Below are positions 10,421-19,843 of a stretch of DNA of 64,000 nt, piece after piece. Both the position numbers and the translations under genes were made by a program. This DNA is from an uncultured delta proteobacterium (lineage in GTDB: Bacteria; Myxococcota_A; Polyangia; Haliangiales; Haliangiaceae), in assembly GCA_963848295.1 (NCBI GenBank), contig CAWKDB010000010.1, positions 2,400,001 through 2,464,000 on the forward strand, given 5' to 3'. Under the pieces are notes generated by a model. That model saw only the letters and a program-made list of their open reading frames with translations, had not been told where the DNA came from and searched no databases. Numbering within the stretch: position 1 is the first letter of the stretch; each line of letters begins with the position of its first letter.

Positions 10421-11776
10421 ATGCTGAACCGCTCGCTCGCCCTCGTTGCCTGCGCGTGGTGCGCGTGCGACGGCGCTGCCACCCCCGATCCCGCAGCCGC
10501 CGCGAAGGTCGCGATGGCTCCGGTCGTTCCGAGCGATGCTCCTCCGGCGTCGGTCGTCGCGAAGACGATCGCGGTGCAAGTCCGGCCGCCAAGGCCGTGG
10601 GAGGTCGATCTCACCGGCGTGGTCTACGACACCGCGCTCGACTGCGTGGCCAACCGGATCCACGACCTGTCGGACCCCGATCGCTACGCGGCGGTCGCGG
10701 CTTGTGGTGAGCCGTTCATCGTCAACGATGCCAAGCGCGTGATGAAAGATGCCGCCGCCAAGGCGATCTCGGAGCTCCGCGAGGGCACCGACGAGCAGAC
10801 CTCGCTCCATATCGGCACCGCGGTCGACGGCGAGTTCGTCTCGATCGTTTCGGCGCCGTCGCAGCTCGAGCTCGAGCCGTACCACGCGGGCGACCTCGAG
10901 ATCCGTGGACGGCTGGTCGCGGGTCGGACGCTATCCGCGAACGTGTCGACCGGCGCCGGCGTGACCGGCGAAAAGCTCGCGATGGTCGACGGCAAGTTCG
11001 CGTTCGACATCTCGCAGCGCGTCGATGCCGATGTCGAGCTGATCGGCGTCGACCCGACGGACAAGACCAACCTCGTGCTCGCTCGATTTCGGATCGGCGA
11101 AGGCAGCCCGTTGTTCGCGGTGCGCGGCACGTTGCTCGAACGCGCGAACGCCGCACGCGCCCACGTCGGCCTCGCACCGTTGCTGTCGTCGAGCACGCTC
11201 GGTAGCTGTGATTCGATCGCACCGCGGGTCAGCGGCGTCGACGTCACCGACATCGCGACCTGCCAGCAGATTCAATCGACGTGGTCCGAGGTGCTCTCGC
11301 GTCAGATCGCGTACAGCCCGTCGTTCCAGTCCGCGCTGCTCGTCAGGCGAGCCGCGGTGCTCGAGTACGGTGCGCGCGATGCCACGACCGTGTCGTACCG
11401 CCTGCTCAACCGGTTCGAGCAGCTGAGCCCGACCGCGCTGCACTCGCACGTGATGATGAAGCTGCACGATCGCTGGCCGTCGCTCGTCGAGCGCCCGGTT
11501 CCCCACGATGCCCTCGACATCGCGGCGCTCGCCGCCGGCAAGCCGCCGGTCGAGCTGAGCCCCACGCTCCAGGCGAAGCTGCACAAGGTCGGTAACACGT
11601 GGAGCTGGACGCACCACTCGTATGTCACCGTCGTCAGCGCGCGTGACCTGCAACAGACCGTGAACCTGATCGACCCCGATGACACGCCCGACGAGGTCGC
11701 GTTCTCGGCGCGGCAAGTCCGCGGCAGCGACGGTGCGATGTACCAGGTGATCGCGATCGCCCTGTCGCAGCCATAG
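10421..11776 (+). CDS. Hypothetical lipoprotein with a CAP/SCP-like segment
   Basis: Lipobox-like 'ACAWCACD'; 'LLERANAARAHVGLAPL' is CAP-like. Confidence 0.55.
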   Translation: MLNRSLALVACAWCACDGAATPDPAAAAKVAMAPVVPSDAPPASVVAKTIAVQVRPPRPWEVDLTGVVYDTALDCVANRIHDLSDPDRYAAVAACGEPFIVNDAKRVMKDAAAKAISELREGTDEQTSLHIGTAVDGEFVSIVSAPSQLELEPYHAGDLEIRGRLVAGRTLSANVSTGAGVTGEKLAMVDGKFAFDISQRVDADVELIGVDPTDKTNLVLARFRIGEGSPLFAVRGTLLERANAARAHVGLAPLLSSSTLGSCDSIAPRVSGVDVTDIATCQQIQSTWSEVLSRQIAYSPSFQSALLVRRAAVLEYGARDATTVSYRLLNRFEQLSPTALHSHVMMKLHDRWPSLVERPVPHDALDIAALAAGKPPVELSPTLQAKLHKVGNTWSWTHHSYVTVVSARDLQQTVNLIDPDDTPDEVAFSARQVRGSDGAMYQVIAIALSQP

Positions 11777-11805
11777 CGAGCCCCGTTAACGGGTACCATC
11801 AGCGC

Positions 11806-12762
11806 GTGCGCGCTCTGTTCATCCTCGACCCGCTCGATCGCCTCGGACTCGCCGGCGATACGTCCTATGCGTTGATGCTCGAAGCCGCCGCGCGCGGCTG
11901 GGACGTGTGGACCTGCCAGGTCGAGCACCTCGGGCTGGTCGGCGACGATGCGGTCGTCGACGCGGTGCCGACGATCGTGACGCCTGCGACGACGGCCGCC
12001 GAGGCGTTTCAGGTCGAGGCGCGTGCGGCGCGGCGACTCGCCGACTTCGACGTCGTGCTGATGCGCAAGGATCCGCCGGTCGATGTCGCCTACCTGCACG
12101 CGACGTGGATCCTCGATCACGCGCGCGGCAAGACGTTGCTCGTCAACGATCCACGCGGTCTGCGCGAGCTCAACGAGCACCTCGCGGTGCTGCGGTTCCC
12201 GAACCTCACGCCGCCGACGATCGTGACCCGCTCGGCCGAGCGGTTGCGCGCGTTCCAGCGCGAGCAAGGCGGCGCGATCGTGGTCAAGCCGGTCGATGGC
12301 TACGGCGGGCTCGGGATCTTCGTCGTGCGCGACGGCGATCCGAACGCGAGCTCGATCCTCGAGACGTCGACCGATGCCGGGCGAAAGTGGACGATCGCCC
12401 AGCGGTTCTTGCCCGAGGTCGTGCAAGGCGACAAGCGGATCGTGCTCGTCGACGGCGAGCCGGTCGGCGCGGTGCTGCGCGTGCCGGCCGAGGCCGAAGC
12501 GCGAGGCAACTTGCATGTCGGTGGTCGCCCGGTGAAGTGCGCGATCGACGCGCGCGATCGCGAGATCATCGCGGCGGTCGCGCCGATGCTGCGCGACCAT
12601 GGCCAGATCCTCGTCGGGCTCGACGTGATCGGCGGCATGCTCACCGAGCTCAACATCACGTCGCCGACCGGGATCCGGCACATCGCGCGGCTCGAGGACC
12701 GCAACGTCGCGGCGCCGATCCTCGAGCGCTTCGAGCAGATGGCGCGTGCGTTGCGCGCTTAG
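11806..12762 (+). CDS. gshB: Glutathione synthetase
   Basis: MRKDPP, VNDPRGLR..NE, KPVDGYGG, GDKRI, RGNLHVGG, ELNITSPTG. Confidence 0.95.
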   Translation: MRALFILDPLDRLGLAGDTSYALMLEAAARGWDVWTCQVEHLGLVGDDAVVDAVPTIVTPATTAAEAFQVEARAARRLADFDVVLMRKDPPVDVAYLHATWILDHARGKTLLVNDPRGLRELNEHLAVLRFPNLTPPTIVTRSAERLRAFQREQGGAIVVKPVDGYGGLGIFVVRDGDPNASSILETSTDAGRKWTIAQRFLPEVVQGDKRIVLVDGEPVGAVLRVPAEAEARGNLHVGGRPVKCAIDARDREIIAAVAPMLRDHGQILVGLDVIGGMLTELNITSPTGIRHIARLEDRNVAAPILERFEQMARALRA

Positions 12763-13501
12763 CCTCGCGGCCTGCGCGGTCGTCGCCGCGTGCACGCCGG
12801 CGCCGCACATCTCGATCCCGCGCTCGGCCGGGATCCAGATCGGCACGGTCACGCTCGGGCTGTCGAACGTCCACGTGATCTTCGGCGACCATCCGGTCCT
12901 CGTCGACACCGGCTCGCCCGGCGAGTACTACGAGCTCGAGCGTGGGCTCGCGAAGCTCGGGGTCAAGCTCGACGACGTGCGCTGCGCGGTCGTCACCCAC
13001 GGCCACGCCGATCACGCCGGCGGCGCGCGAGCGTTGCAGCAGCGCGGCATCAAGATCATCGCGGGCGACGGCGATCTATGGCGAGAGATCGCCGGCGTGC
13101 ACGGTCATCTGAAGGCGACGAGCTTGTTCGCGGTCTTGCTCGAGGCGGTGATCCCGAGTCACTACGAGCCGTTCTGGCCCGACGTCCGCGTGCACGACCG
13201 CTACGACCTGCGGGCGTGCGGCGTCGACGGTGAGGTCGTGGTCGCGCCCGGCCACACCGCGGGCTCGGTCGTCGTGCTCGTCGCGGGCGGCACGATCGCG
13301 CTGGTCGGCGACTTGTTTCGCGGCGGCGCGCTCGCCGGTTACGTCCATCCCGGCGAGCCGAAAGACCACTTCTACCAGGACGATCTCGCGATGGCGCACG
13401 CGCGCATTCGCTGGTTGCTCGCGCGAGGCGTGCAGTGGTTCGTGCTCGGCCACGGCGGGCCGTGCAAGCGCGCCGATGTCGAGCGCGTGTTCGGCCATTG
13501 A
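12746..13501 (+). CDS. MBL-fold metallo-hydrolase, probable lipoprotein
   Basis: VDTG, THGHADHAGG, PGHTAGS, GD, GHG; lipobox AAC. Confidence 0.9.
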   Translation: MRCALSLAACAVVAACTPAPHISIPRSAGIQIGTVTLGLSNVHVIFGDHPVLVDTGSPGEYYELERGLAKLGVKLDDVRCAVVTHGHADHAGGARALQQRGIKIIAGDGDLWREIAGVHGHLKATSLFAVLLEAVIPSHYEPFWPDVRVHDRYDLRACGVDGEVVVAPGHTAGSVVVLVAGGTIALVGDLFRGGALAGYVHPGEPKDHFYQDDLAMAHARIRWLLARGVQWFVLGHGGPCKRADVERVFGH

Positions 13502-13608
13502 CGGACAGATCCGGACACGCGCCGGACATCCGGACGCACGAGCGCGATCTCTCGCCGGGTTAGCCGCGGCATCGATCGTGCTGTTGCTCCCGAACGAGAG
13601 GAGCTAAC

Positions 13609-13980
13609 GTGGACGACGACAACGCTATGGATGCGCCGGTCACCCGCAGAGAATTCCGAGAAGGCATCGCCGAGGTGCGAACCGAGGTCGCCGAGGTGCG
13701 AACCGAGCTGAAGGGCGACATCGCCGAGCTCCGAACCGAGCTGAAGAGCGACATGGCAGCGCTCCGAACCGAGCTGAAGAGCGACAACGCAGCGCTCGCA
13801 ACCGAGCTCCGGCGCGTCGTCGGAGAGGAGATCGCGCATCAGTTCAAGCTGATCCAGGAGAGCTTCAGCTTCCAGTTTCGCGCGATCGACGACCAGTACA
13901 CCGACTTACCGACTCGCGTCACGCGACTCGAGCAAGCGGTGTTTCCAGTGAAGCCGACGCGGGCGCGGCGCAAGAGCTAG
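13609..13980 (+). CDS. Small coiled-coil protein (DUF1640-like) with 11-residue repeats
   Basis: Repeated LRTELKSD units; its TAG overlaps the convergent gene's stop as CTAG. Confidence 0.7.
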   Translation: MDDDNAMDAPVTRREFREGIAEVRTEVAEVRTELKGDIAELRTELKSDMAALRTELKSDNAALATELRRVVGEEIAHQFKLIQESFSFQFRAIDDQYTDLPTRVTRLEQAVFPVKPTRARRKS

Positions 13981-16094
13981 CGACCGACGACGCACAGGAT
14001 GTCGGTGCCGGCGTCGACGCACGCGTCGGCCGCGCCGTCGCCGTCGAGATCGCCGAGCCACAACGCGGTCGCGGTCGTGCCGGCCGGAAACACCGCGAGC
14101 GTCGCGGCGAGCGGCCCGAAGCCGCGGCCCGTGCTGCGCGCGCAGGTGACGCCGCCGGTGACGATCGAGCACAGATCCGCGCGACCATCGCCATCGATGT
14201 CGGCGACCGCGCTCGTGATCGCGTCGGCCGGCGCCGGATCGGGCGGCGCCCCCATGCCTCCGTCCGCGTCGGCGTTCGAGTAACCCCACGGCTCGCCATC
14301 GGTCGTCAGGCTCGTCTCGGCGGCGACGCTGCACGCCACGCCGTCCGCCGTCACCGCGCACCAATCGGCATCGCCGTCGCCGTCGAGCTCGGCCGGGAAT
14401 CCGATCGTCGCCGCCATCGGCCAGGTCGATTGCACGGTCGTCGCGGTCGGGGTCGCGCACACCTCGCCTTCGGTCGCGAGCCCGCAGATCGCGGGCACTC
14501 CGGCGATCGCGACGATCGCGAGGGATGCGGACGTCGCGGCTTGCACGTCATTATCGGCGAACGCCGAGCTCCACCGGGTCGCCGCGAACCCGCTCGCCGC
14601 GGTCGCGCACAGGAGGCCCATCGTGTCGCGGCCGCACGCATCGGTCAGGCCATCGCCGTCGACGTCGCCGAGCACGAGGCTGTCGGGATCGATCGCGAGC
14701 GGAGAGATCGCGGCGTCGATCCGGGTCGCCGCGGCGAAGCCTCCGGTGCCGTCGCCGGGTGCACAGCGCAGCGCGCCGCCGTCGATCGCGCACAGGTCGG
14801 CCTTGCCGTCGCCGGTGAGGTCTCCGATCCGGACCGCGCGACCGGTCGCGGTGAGCCCGAGCGCGGCGCGCGGCGTCGCCTTTGCGATCGGCGAGATGCT
14901 CCACGTCGGCGCGCCGTCTTGGCCGCACAGCACGGCGTGGGCGTGGCCGCCGCCGGTGCCGAGGCAATCGAGGTGGGCGTAGTCCATGCCGGTCTGCGGG
15001 TACGGCGGGATGCCGACCCAGATATGGCCTTCGTCGTCGAGGCGAAAGCTCTGCTCCGGCCCGCCGTGGCACGTGCCTGCGACGAGCTCGCCGGTCGGCA
15101 GCGCCTCGAGACAGCGCGTATCGACCTTCAGCGCGCCGCCCGGCACGAACGTCCACACCGGCGCGGTCGCGCAGTCGCCCATCAAGATCCCGCCGTCTTG
15201 GGTCGCCGACGCGCACATGCCACCGGTCGCGAGCTGGCCGGTCGCGCTGCGCCGAAATCCGAGCGCGTAACGGCGATGCATCCAGATGACGTGCGACTTG
15301 TCGATCGTCGTGCACGCTTGACTACATGCCGCGCAGCCCGTCGCGCACGCTTCGTAGTGCGACAGCACCGGGAACACGTAGTCGTAGATCGGGTCGATCT
15401 TGTCGGCGACATCATCGTCGATGTTGTAGCCGCGATACGAGATCAGATCGGCCGTACTGCCGGTCGCCGAGGCGGCGAGCACCGCGAGCGCGCCGACGAT
15501 CATATGGTCGGTGTGATCGTAGCCGTGCGTCCCCGCGACCTCGAGCGTGTGGATCGTCGTCGGATCGGTCGTCGTCATGATCTCGGACAGCACCGAGATC
15601 AGCCCGGCCTGATCGTAGCTCGCCTTGCGATCGGCCACCGTGTCCGCGCTCGTGATGTCGCCTTCCCACAACTTGAGCAGGCTGTGATCGTATTCCCCGT
15701 GGATCCCGCCATCGGGGTACGCGAGGAATACGAGCGACACGTTCGCGGCTGCGAGCCGGCAGTGTTGCGCGACGTGATCGGCGATCGTGATCCAGCCGCA
15801 TTGCCATGCGTCGTACGGCTGATTCGCCGCGGCGCCGTAGGCGTAGCGCAGCGCGCGATAGCGGCGGTTGGCGTTCGACGTGCCACCGGTGCCGTTGCCC
15901 GCCGTGACGTAGACCGTGGTCACGCCTTGACCGCCGCGTACCGCTTCGACGAGGTCCGGCTGCATGAAGAGCAGGTCATCGTCTTCGTGGGCGACGATCA
16001 CGAGGTCGCGGCTCGGCGCGAGCGGCTCGCCGAGCGGCAGATCATTGTCACCGCAAGCGGCCACCGCGATCAGTGCGAGCAAGAAGGTGCGCAC
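13977..16094 (-). CDS. Lipoprotein: PIG-L family deacetylase + ricin-type lectin + FG-GAP repeats
   Basis: Lipobox VAACGDN; AHEDDD and DHTDH (PIG-L); Cys/Trp ricin-like repeats; GDxxGDGxxDxC repeats. Confidence 0.85.
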   Translation of the reverse strand: MRTFLLALIAVAACGDNDLPLGEPLAPSRDLVIVAHEDDDLLFMQPDLVEAVRGGQGVTTVYVTAGNGTGGTSNANRRYRALRYAYGAAANQPYDAWQCGWITIADHVAQHCRLAAANVSLVFLAYPDGGIHGEYDHSLLKLWEGDITSADTVADRKASYDQAGLISVLSEIMTTTDPTTIHTLEVAGTHGYDHTDHMIVGALAVLAASATGSTADLISYRGYNIDDDVADKIDPIYDYVFPVLSHYEACATGCAACSQACTTIDKSHVIWMHRRYALGFRRSATGQLATGGMCASATQDGGILMGDCATAPVWTFVPGGALKVDTRCLEALPTGELVAGTCHGGPEQSFRLDDEGHIWVGIPPYPQTGMDYAHLDCLGTGGGHAHAVLCGQDGAPTWSISPIAKATPRAALGLTATGRAVRIGDLTGDGKADLCAIDGGALRCAPGDGTGGFAAATRIDAAISPLAIDPDSLVLGDVDGDGLTDACGRDTMGLLCATAASGFAATRWSSAFADNDVQAATSASLAIVAIAGVPAICGLATEGEVCATPTATTVQSTWPMAATIGFPAELDGDGDADWCAVTADGVACSVAAETSLTTDGEPWGYSNADADGGMGAPPDPAPADAITSAVADIDGDGRADLCSIVTGGVTCARSTGRGFGPLAATLAVFPAGTTATALWLGDLDGDGAADACVDAGTDILCVVGR

Positions 16095-16188
16095 CGGCGC
16101 ATGCTCGTCGGTCGGCGCGCCGCGAGCAAGGGTCAAGTCGCCTCACCGCGACATTGCCGGCGACCGAACCCCCGTGGTAACCGGGGAC

Positions 16189-18924
16189 GTGCGCTGGTTC
16201 CGCTCGCACCCCGCGGCGCAACTGGCCGTCGGCGCACTCGCCGTCGCGCTCGCATTTCCGTCGACCGCGGCGGGAGAATGCGCGCTCGTGGTGCTCGCCG
16301 GCTCGCTCGGCGTGCTCGCGGCGACATTCTGGCCCAAGGCTCGCGGCTACCTCGAACAACCGCCCGCGCTCGCGACCGCGCTCGTCCTGCTGATCATCGC
16401 GGCCGCGGGCCTGACCACGTTCTGGGACGCGATGACGACCTCGCCGGCGTGGCTGCTCGGCGACTGGGGACCGCAACACGCCGTGCTCGCGCACATCATG
16501 CCGTCGCTGCCCGGCCTCCACGTGCCGGTGTGGGATCACGCGGTCGCGACCGGCGATCCGCCGCTCGACCTGTATCCGGCGCTGACCTATCTCGTCACCG
16601 GTCACCTCGCGCTCGCGCTCGGGCTCGAGCACGATCTGCCGCAAGCGATGATGATCGTCGCGGTCGTCGTCCACCTCGCGCTCGCGCTGCTGACCGCATT
16701 GCTCGCGATGCGCTTCGCACCCAAGCCGATCGCGCTCGTGCTCGGCATGCTGTTCATGGTCGACGCCGGCGCGATCTCGCACGGCGGAACGGTCGGCCTG
16801 TTCAAGTACGCGATCCTGCACAGCGCGCTCGCGCAGGTGTTCACGCTGATCGCGACGCTCGGCATCCTCGCGGCCTTGACCCGGCCGCGGCTCGGCGCGT
16901 CGGTCGCGATCTGGGTCGGCACCGCGCTCGCGACGGCCACCCACCCGTCGGCGTTGATCGCCGCGGCGGTGTGCATCGTCGGGTTGCTCGCGGTCGCGCT
17001 GCTCGCGTCGGATGTGCCGGCGCGCCGCGCGTTCGTCGCGATCGGCCACGTCGTGCTCGGCGTCGCGCTCGCGGCCTCGGTGTGGCTGCCCGAGGGCGAA
17101 CGGTTATTGGCATACGGCCAACACTTCTCGAACCAGCTGTTCACCGGCAGGGAGGTGCTGGAGACCGTGATGACGACCGCGTTCCCGATCACGTCGTACT
17201 CCGCCGTGATCTACGCGGGCTACCTCGGCACGCTCGCCGGGGTGGTCTCGCGCAAGGCCGAGGTCGTGTTCATCTCGGTCGTCGCGCTCGCGCTCGTGAT
17301 CGGCCTGTGCGACGCGCCGTACGCGGCGCTCGGCCTGTTCCCCGGCATGACCGTCGCCAGGCTCGGCGCGATCCGGTTGATGCTCGTCGCGCGACCATTC
17401 CTCTACGCTGCCGCGGCGTACGTGCTCGCGGTGCTCTACCGGCGCGCGAGAGAGGCGTGGCGCGACGCACCGCCGCGACACAGGACGGCGGTCGCGGCCC
17501 TGCTCGGGGTCGTCGCCGCCGGGCTCGTGCGGATCGGACCGAGCTATTGGCAAGAAGAAGGCGACCGCGCCTCCAACGATGCGCACTGGGTCGCGCCGGA
17601 TTCCGCCAGCTACGACGCGCTCGCGACCTGGGCCCGAGCGCGCGTTCGCGATATCGGCCCCGGCAGCTATGCGCGCGCGATGTTCGAGACCGACTCGCAC
17701 GAGCCGCTGCACCTCACCGCGACGACCGGCTTGCCGACGCTGCATCTCGGCGCGTTGCCCGACTTGCTGCTGCGCGAGCGGATCAGCGACGCGTCGCCGG
17801 CCAGCCTCGCTCGGTTCGACATCAAGTGGTCGATCGCGGAGGGCAAGTCGCCGGAGCTCGGCGATCCCGACACCGAGACCACGGTCGGCGATTTCCACAT
17901 TCGCGAGATCAAGGCGTGGGACGGCAAGTTCGCGCGGATCGAGGCCGGCGAAGGCCGCGTTGTCGTGACTCGGCTCGACGACACCGAGGTCGATGTCGAG
18001 GTCACCGCGACCGCGCCCGTGCTCGTCGCGCTCGGCACCGGCTACTACCCGCGCTGGCGCGCGACGCATGCGGGCGGGGGGGACGAGCCGGTCTACGCGT
18101 GGCCGGCGATCGAGGGCGGCCCGACCCACGTCGTGGCGGCGTGGCTCGCTCCGGGCAAGACGACGTTCACGTGCGACGGCCCGCTGCCGTCGGATGGCGA
18201 CGGCCGGTTCGTGTCGCTCGCCGCGATGCTGCTCGCCGCGGCGGCGATCATCGTATGGTCGCGCCGGCGCTGGCGCATGCGCGCGCTGCTGCGGATCGTC
18301 GCGCTGCGCCGTCGCGTGAAGTATGCCTCGCCGTGGATCGTGAGGCTCGCGGCGCCGGTCGCGATCGGCCTGCTCGCGATTCGCGGCTGCTGGAGCGCGC
18401 GCGCACCGGAGTCCGCGATCCTCGTCGGCTCGGGGCTGCGCAGCGACGCGACCGTCGAGGCGCGGCTCGGCGCCGGCGAATGGGAGCCGTGCGAGCACTC
18501 GCCGACCCGCGGCGACTTCCGCTGCACCGGGCTCGTCACGGTCAGCGACGGGACGGCGAACCTCGCGAACGATGCGGCGCCGAGCTGGCCGTTCACGACG
18601 CCGGCGATCGTCGCCACCCGCGAGACCGAAGGGGTCGAGATCCGGATCTCGATGACGGTGCGGCTCGCCGGCCGCTACTGGGCCGCGGCCTCCGCGGATA
18701 CCGACCTCAGCTTCGATGGCGAGGTCGATCACGTGCAAGCGACCGCGCTGATCGATCTCGACGACAAGGACCACGACGTCGTGATCACCGGCGTCGTGCC
18801 GTCGGACCCGCTGCGCATCACGGTCGTCGCCGACACCGCGATCCAGCCCGATCGCGCGTTCCTGGTCAGGCCGCCGCCGGTGCCTCCGGCCGCGGTCAGC
18901 GCGCTGGTCTCGCCCGCTCGGTGA
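16189..18924 (+). CDS. Large polytopic membrane protein, GT-C/YfhO-like (PTPS-related membrane domain)
   Basis: Many TMs; 'GDWGPQH...W....TGDPPLDLYP'; YfhO-like 'GYYPRWRA'. Confidence 0.7.
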   Translation: MRWFRSHPAAQLAVGALAVALAFPSTAAGECALVVLAGSLGVLAATFWPKARGYLEQPPALATALVLLIIAAAGLTTFWDAMTTSPAWLLGDWGPQHAVLAHIMPSLPGLHVPVWDHAVATGDPPLDLYPALTYLVTGHLALALGLEHDLPQAMMIVAVVVHLALALLTALLAMRFAPKPIALVLGMLFMVDAGAISHGGTVGLFKYAILHSALAQVFTLIATLGILAALTRPRLGASVAIWVGTALATATHPSALIAAAVCIVGLLAVALLASDVPARRAFVAIGHVVLGVALAASVWLPEGERLLAYGQHFSNQLFTGREVLETVMTTAFPITSYSAVIYAGYLGTLAGVVSRKAEVVFISVVALALVIGLCDAPYAALGLFPGMTVARLGAIRLMLVARPFLYAAAAYVLAVLYRRAREAWRDAPPRHRTAVAALLGVVAAGLVRIGPSYWQEEGDRASNDAHWVAPDSASYDALATWARARVRDIGPGSYARAMFETDSHEPLHLTATTGLPTLHLGALPDLLLRERISDASPASLARFDIKWSIAEGKSPELGDPDTETTVGDFHIREIKAWDGKFARIEAGEGRVVVTRLDDTEVDVEVTATAPVLVALGTGYYPRWRATHAGGGDEPVYAWPAIEGGPTHVVAAWLAPGKTTFTCDGPLPSDGDGRFVSLAAMLLAAAAIIVWSRRRWRMRALLRIVALRRRVKYASPWIVRLAAPVAIGLLAIRGCWSARAPESAILVGSGLRSDATVEARLGAGEWEPCEHSPTRGDFRCTGLVTVSDGTANLANDAAPSWPFTTPAIVATRETEGVEIRISMTVRLAGRYWAAASADTDLSFDGEVDHVQATALIDLDDKDHDVVITGVVPSDPLRITVVADTAIQPDRAFLVRPPPVPPAAVSALVSPAR

Positions 18925-19843
18925 GCTGCAACACGCCGCCGACCGCGCCGCTGACGAGGTGCGCGAGCCACAGCGCGAGCGACGCGGCGAGGGCGTCGCC
19001 TTCGGGCATCGCGAACAAGCTCGCGCCGAGCGAGATGTACACGGCTTCGCGCGCACCCGCGCCACCGACGGTGATCGGCAGAAACGTCGTCGCGGCGGCG
19101 AGCGGCACGATCAGCAGCGAGCCACCGAGATCGACGCGCGGATCGATCGCGTGCAGCAACACGTAGCCGGCGAGCGCGACGAGCGCCTGGGTCGCGACCG
19201 ACAGCAGCGTCGCGATCGCGAACGCCCCCGTGTCGCCGAGCTCGGGCACGCGCTCGAGGATCGTGCGCACGCGACCGGCCGCGAGCTTGCGTGCGATCGC
19301 GCGCGCGAACGGCAACGCGAGCACGAGCGCGACCGAGCCGGCGATGCCGACGCCGCTCCACAGCCATAGCGAGCCGGCGTCGATCGCGCCGCCTGCGAGA
19401 CCCAAGCCGATCGCGAGCAGCAGGAACACGCCGAACAGCCCGAGCGCGCGCTCGACGAACACGACCGCGAGCGCGCCGGTGGCGCCGTGCTCGCCGAAAG
19501 CATCGCGCGTGACGACGCCGCGCACGACGTCGCCCGCGACCGCGCCGGGCAAGTAGTTGTTGTAGAAGAACGCGATGAAGTAGAGCTTCGTGCAGCGCGC
19601 CAGGCTCGGCCGCGACTCGGCGCCGTACGCGCGCAGCAACACGCGCCAGCGCACCGCGCCGCACACGACGTTGAGCGCGATCAGGCCGCACGCGATCGCG
19701 ATCGTCGCGAGCGACAGCCGCTGCGCCGCGAGCTTCGCCTCGGCGAAGCTCACGCGATGGACGATGTACGCGACGCCCGCGCCGGTACCGAGCCACCTCG
19801 CGATCCAGCCGTAGCGTTGCCAGGCGGTGCGCGGCTCAGTCAT
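18896..19843 (-). CDS. UPF0104/LPG-synthase TM-domain flippase-like protein
   Basis: RW..LL, FYNNYLPGAVAGDVVR, ER..G, LPITVGGAGARE. Confidence 0.88.
   Translation of the reverse strand: MTEPRTAWQRYGWIARWLGTGAGVAYIVHRVSFAEAKLAAQRLSLATIAIACGLIALNVVCGAVRWRVLLRAYGAESRPSLARCTKLYFIAFFYNNYLPGAVAGDVVRGVVTRDAFGEHGATGALAVVFVERALGLFGVFLLLAIGLGLAGGAIDAGSLWLWSGVGIAGSVALVLALPFARAIARKLAAGRVRTILERVPELGDTGAFAIATLLSVATQALVALAGYVLLHAIDPRVDLGGSLLIVPLAAATTFLPITVGGAGAREAVYISLGASLFAMPEGDALAASLALWLAHLVSGAVGGVLQLTERARPAR

Noticed and set aside
14430..19166. 1578-aa ORF and other long Arg/Ala-rich ORFs (e.g. 19827-21965, 41795-43650, 55567-57174)
   Set aside because: These are shadow or antisense frames typical of high-GC DNA, overlapping better-supported genes.
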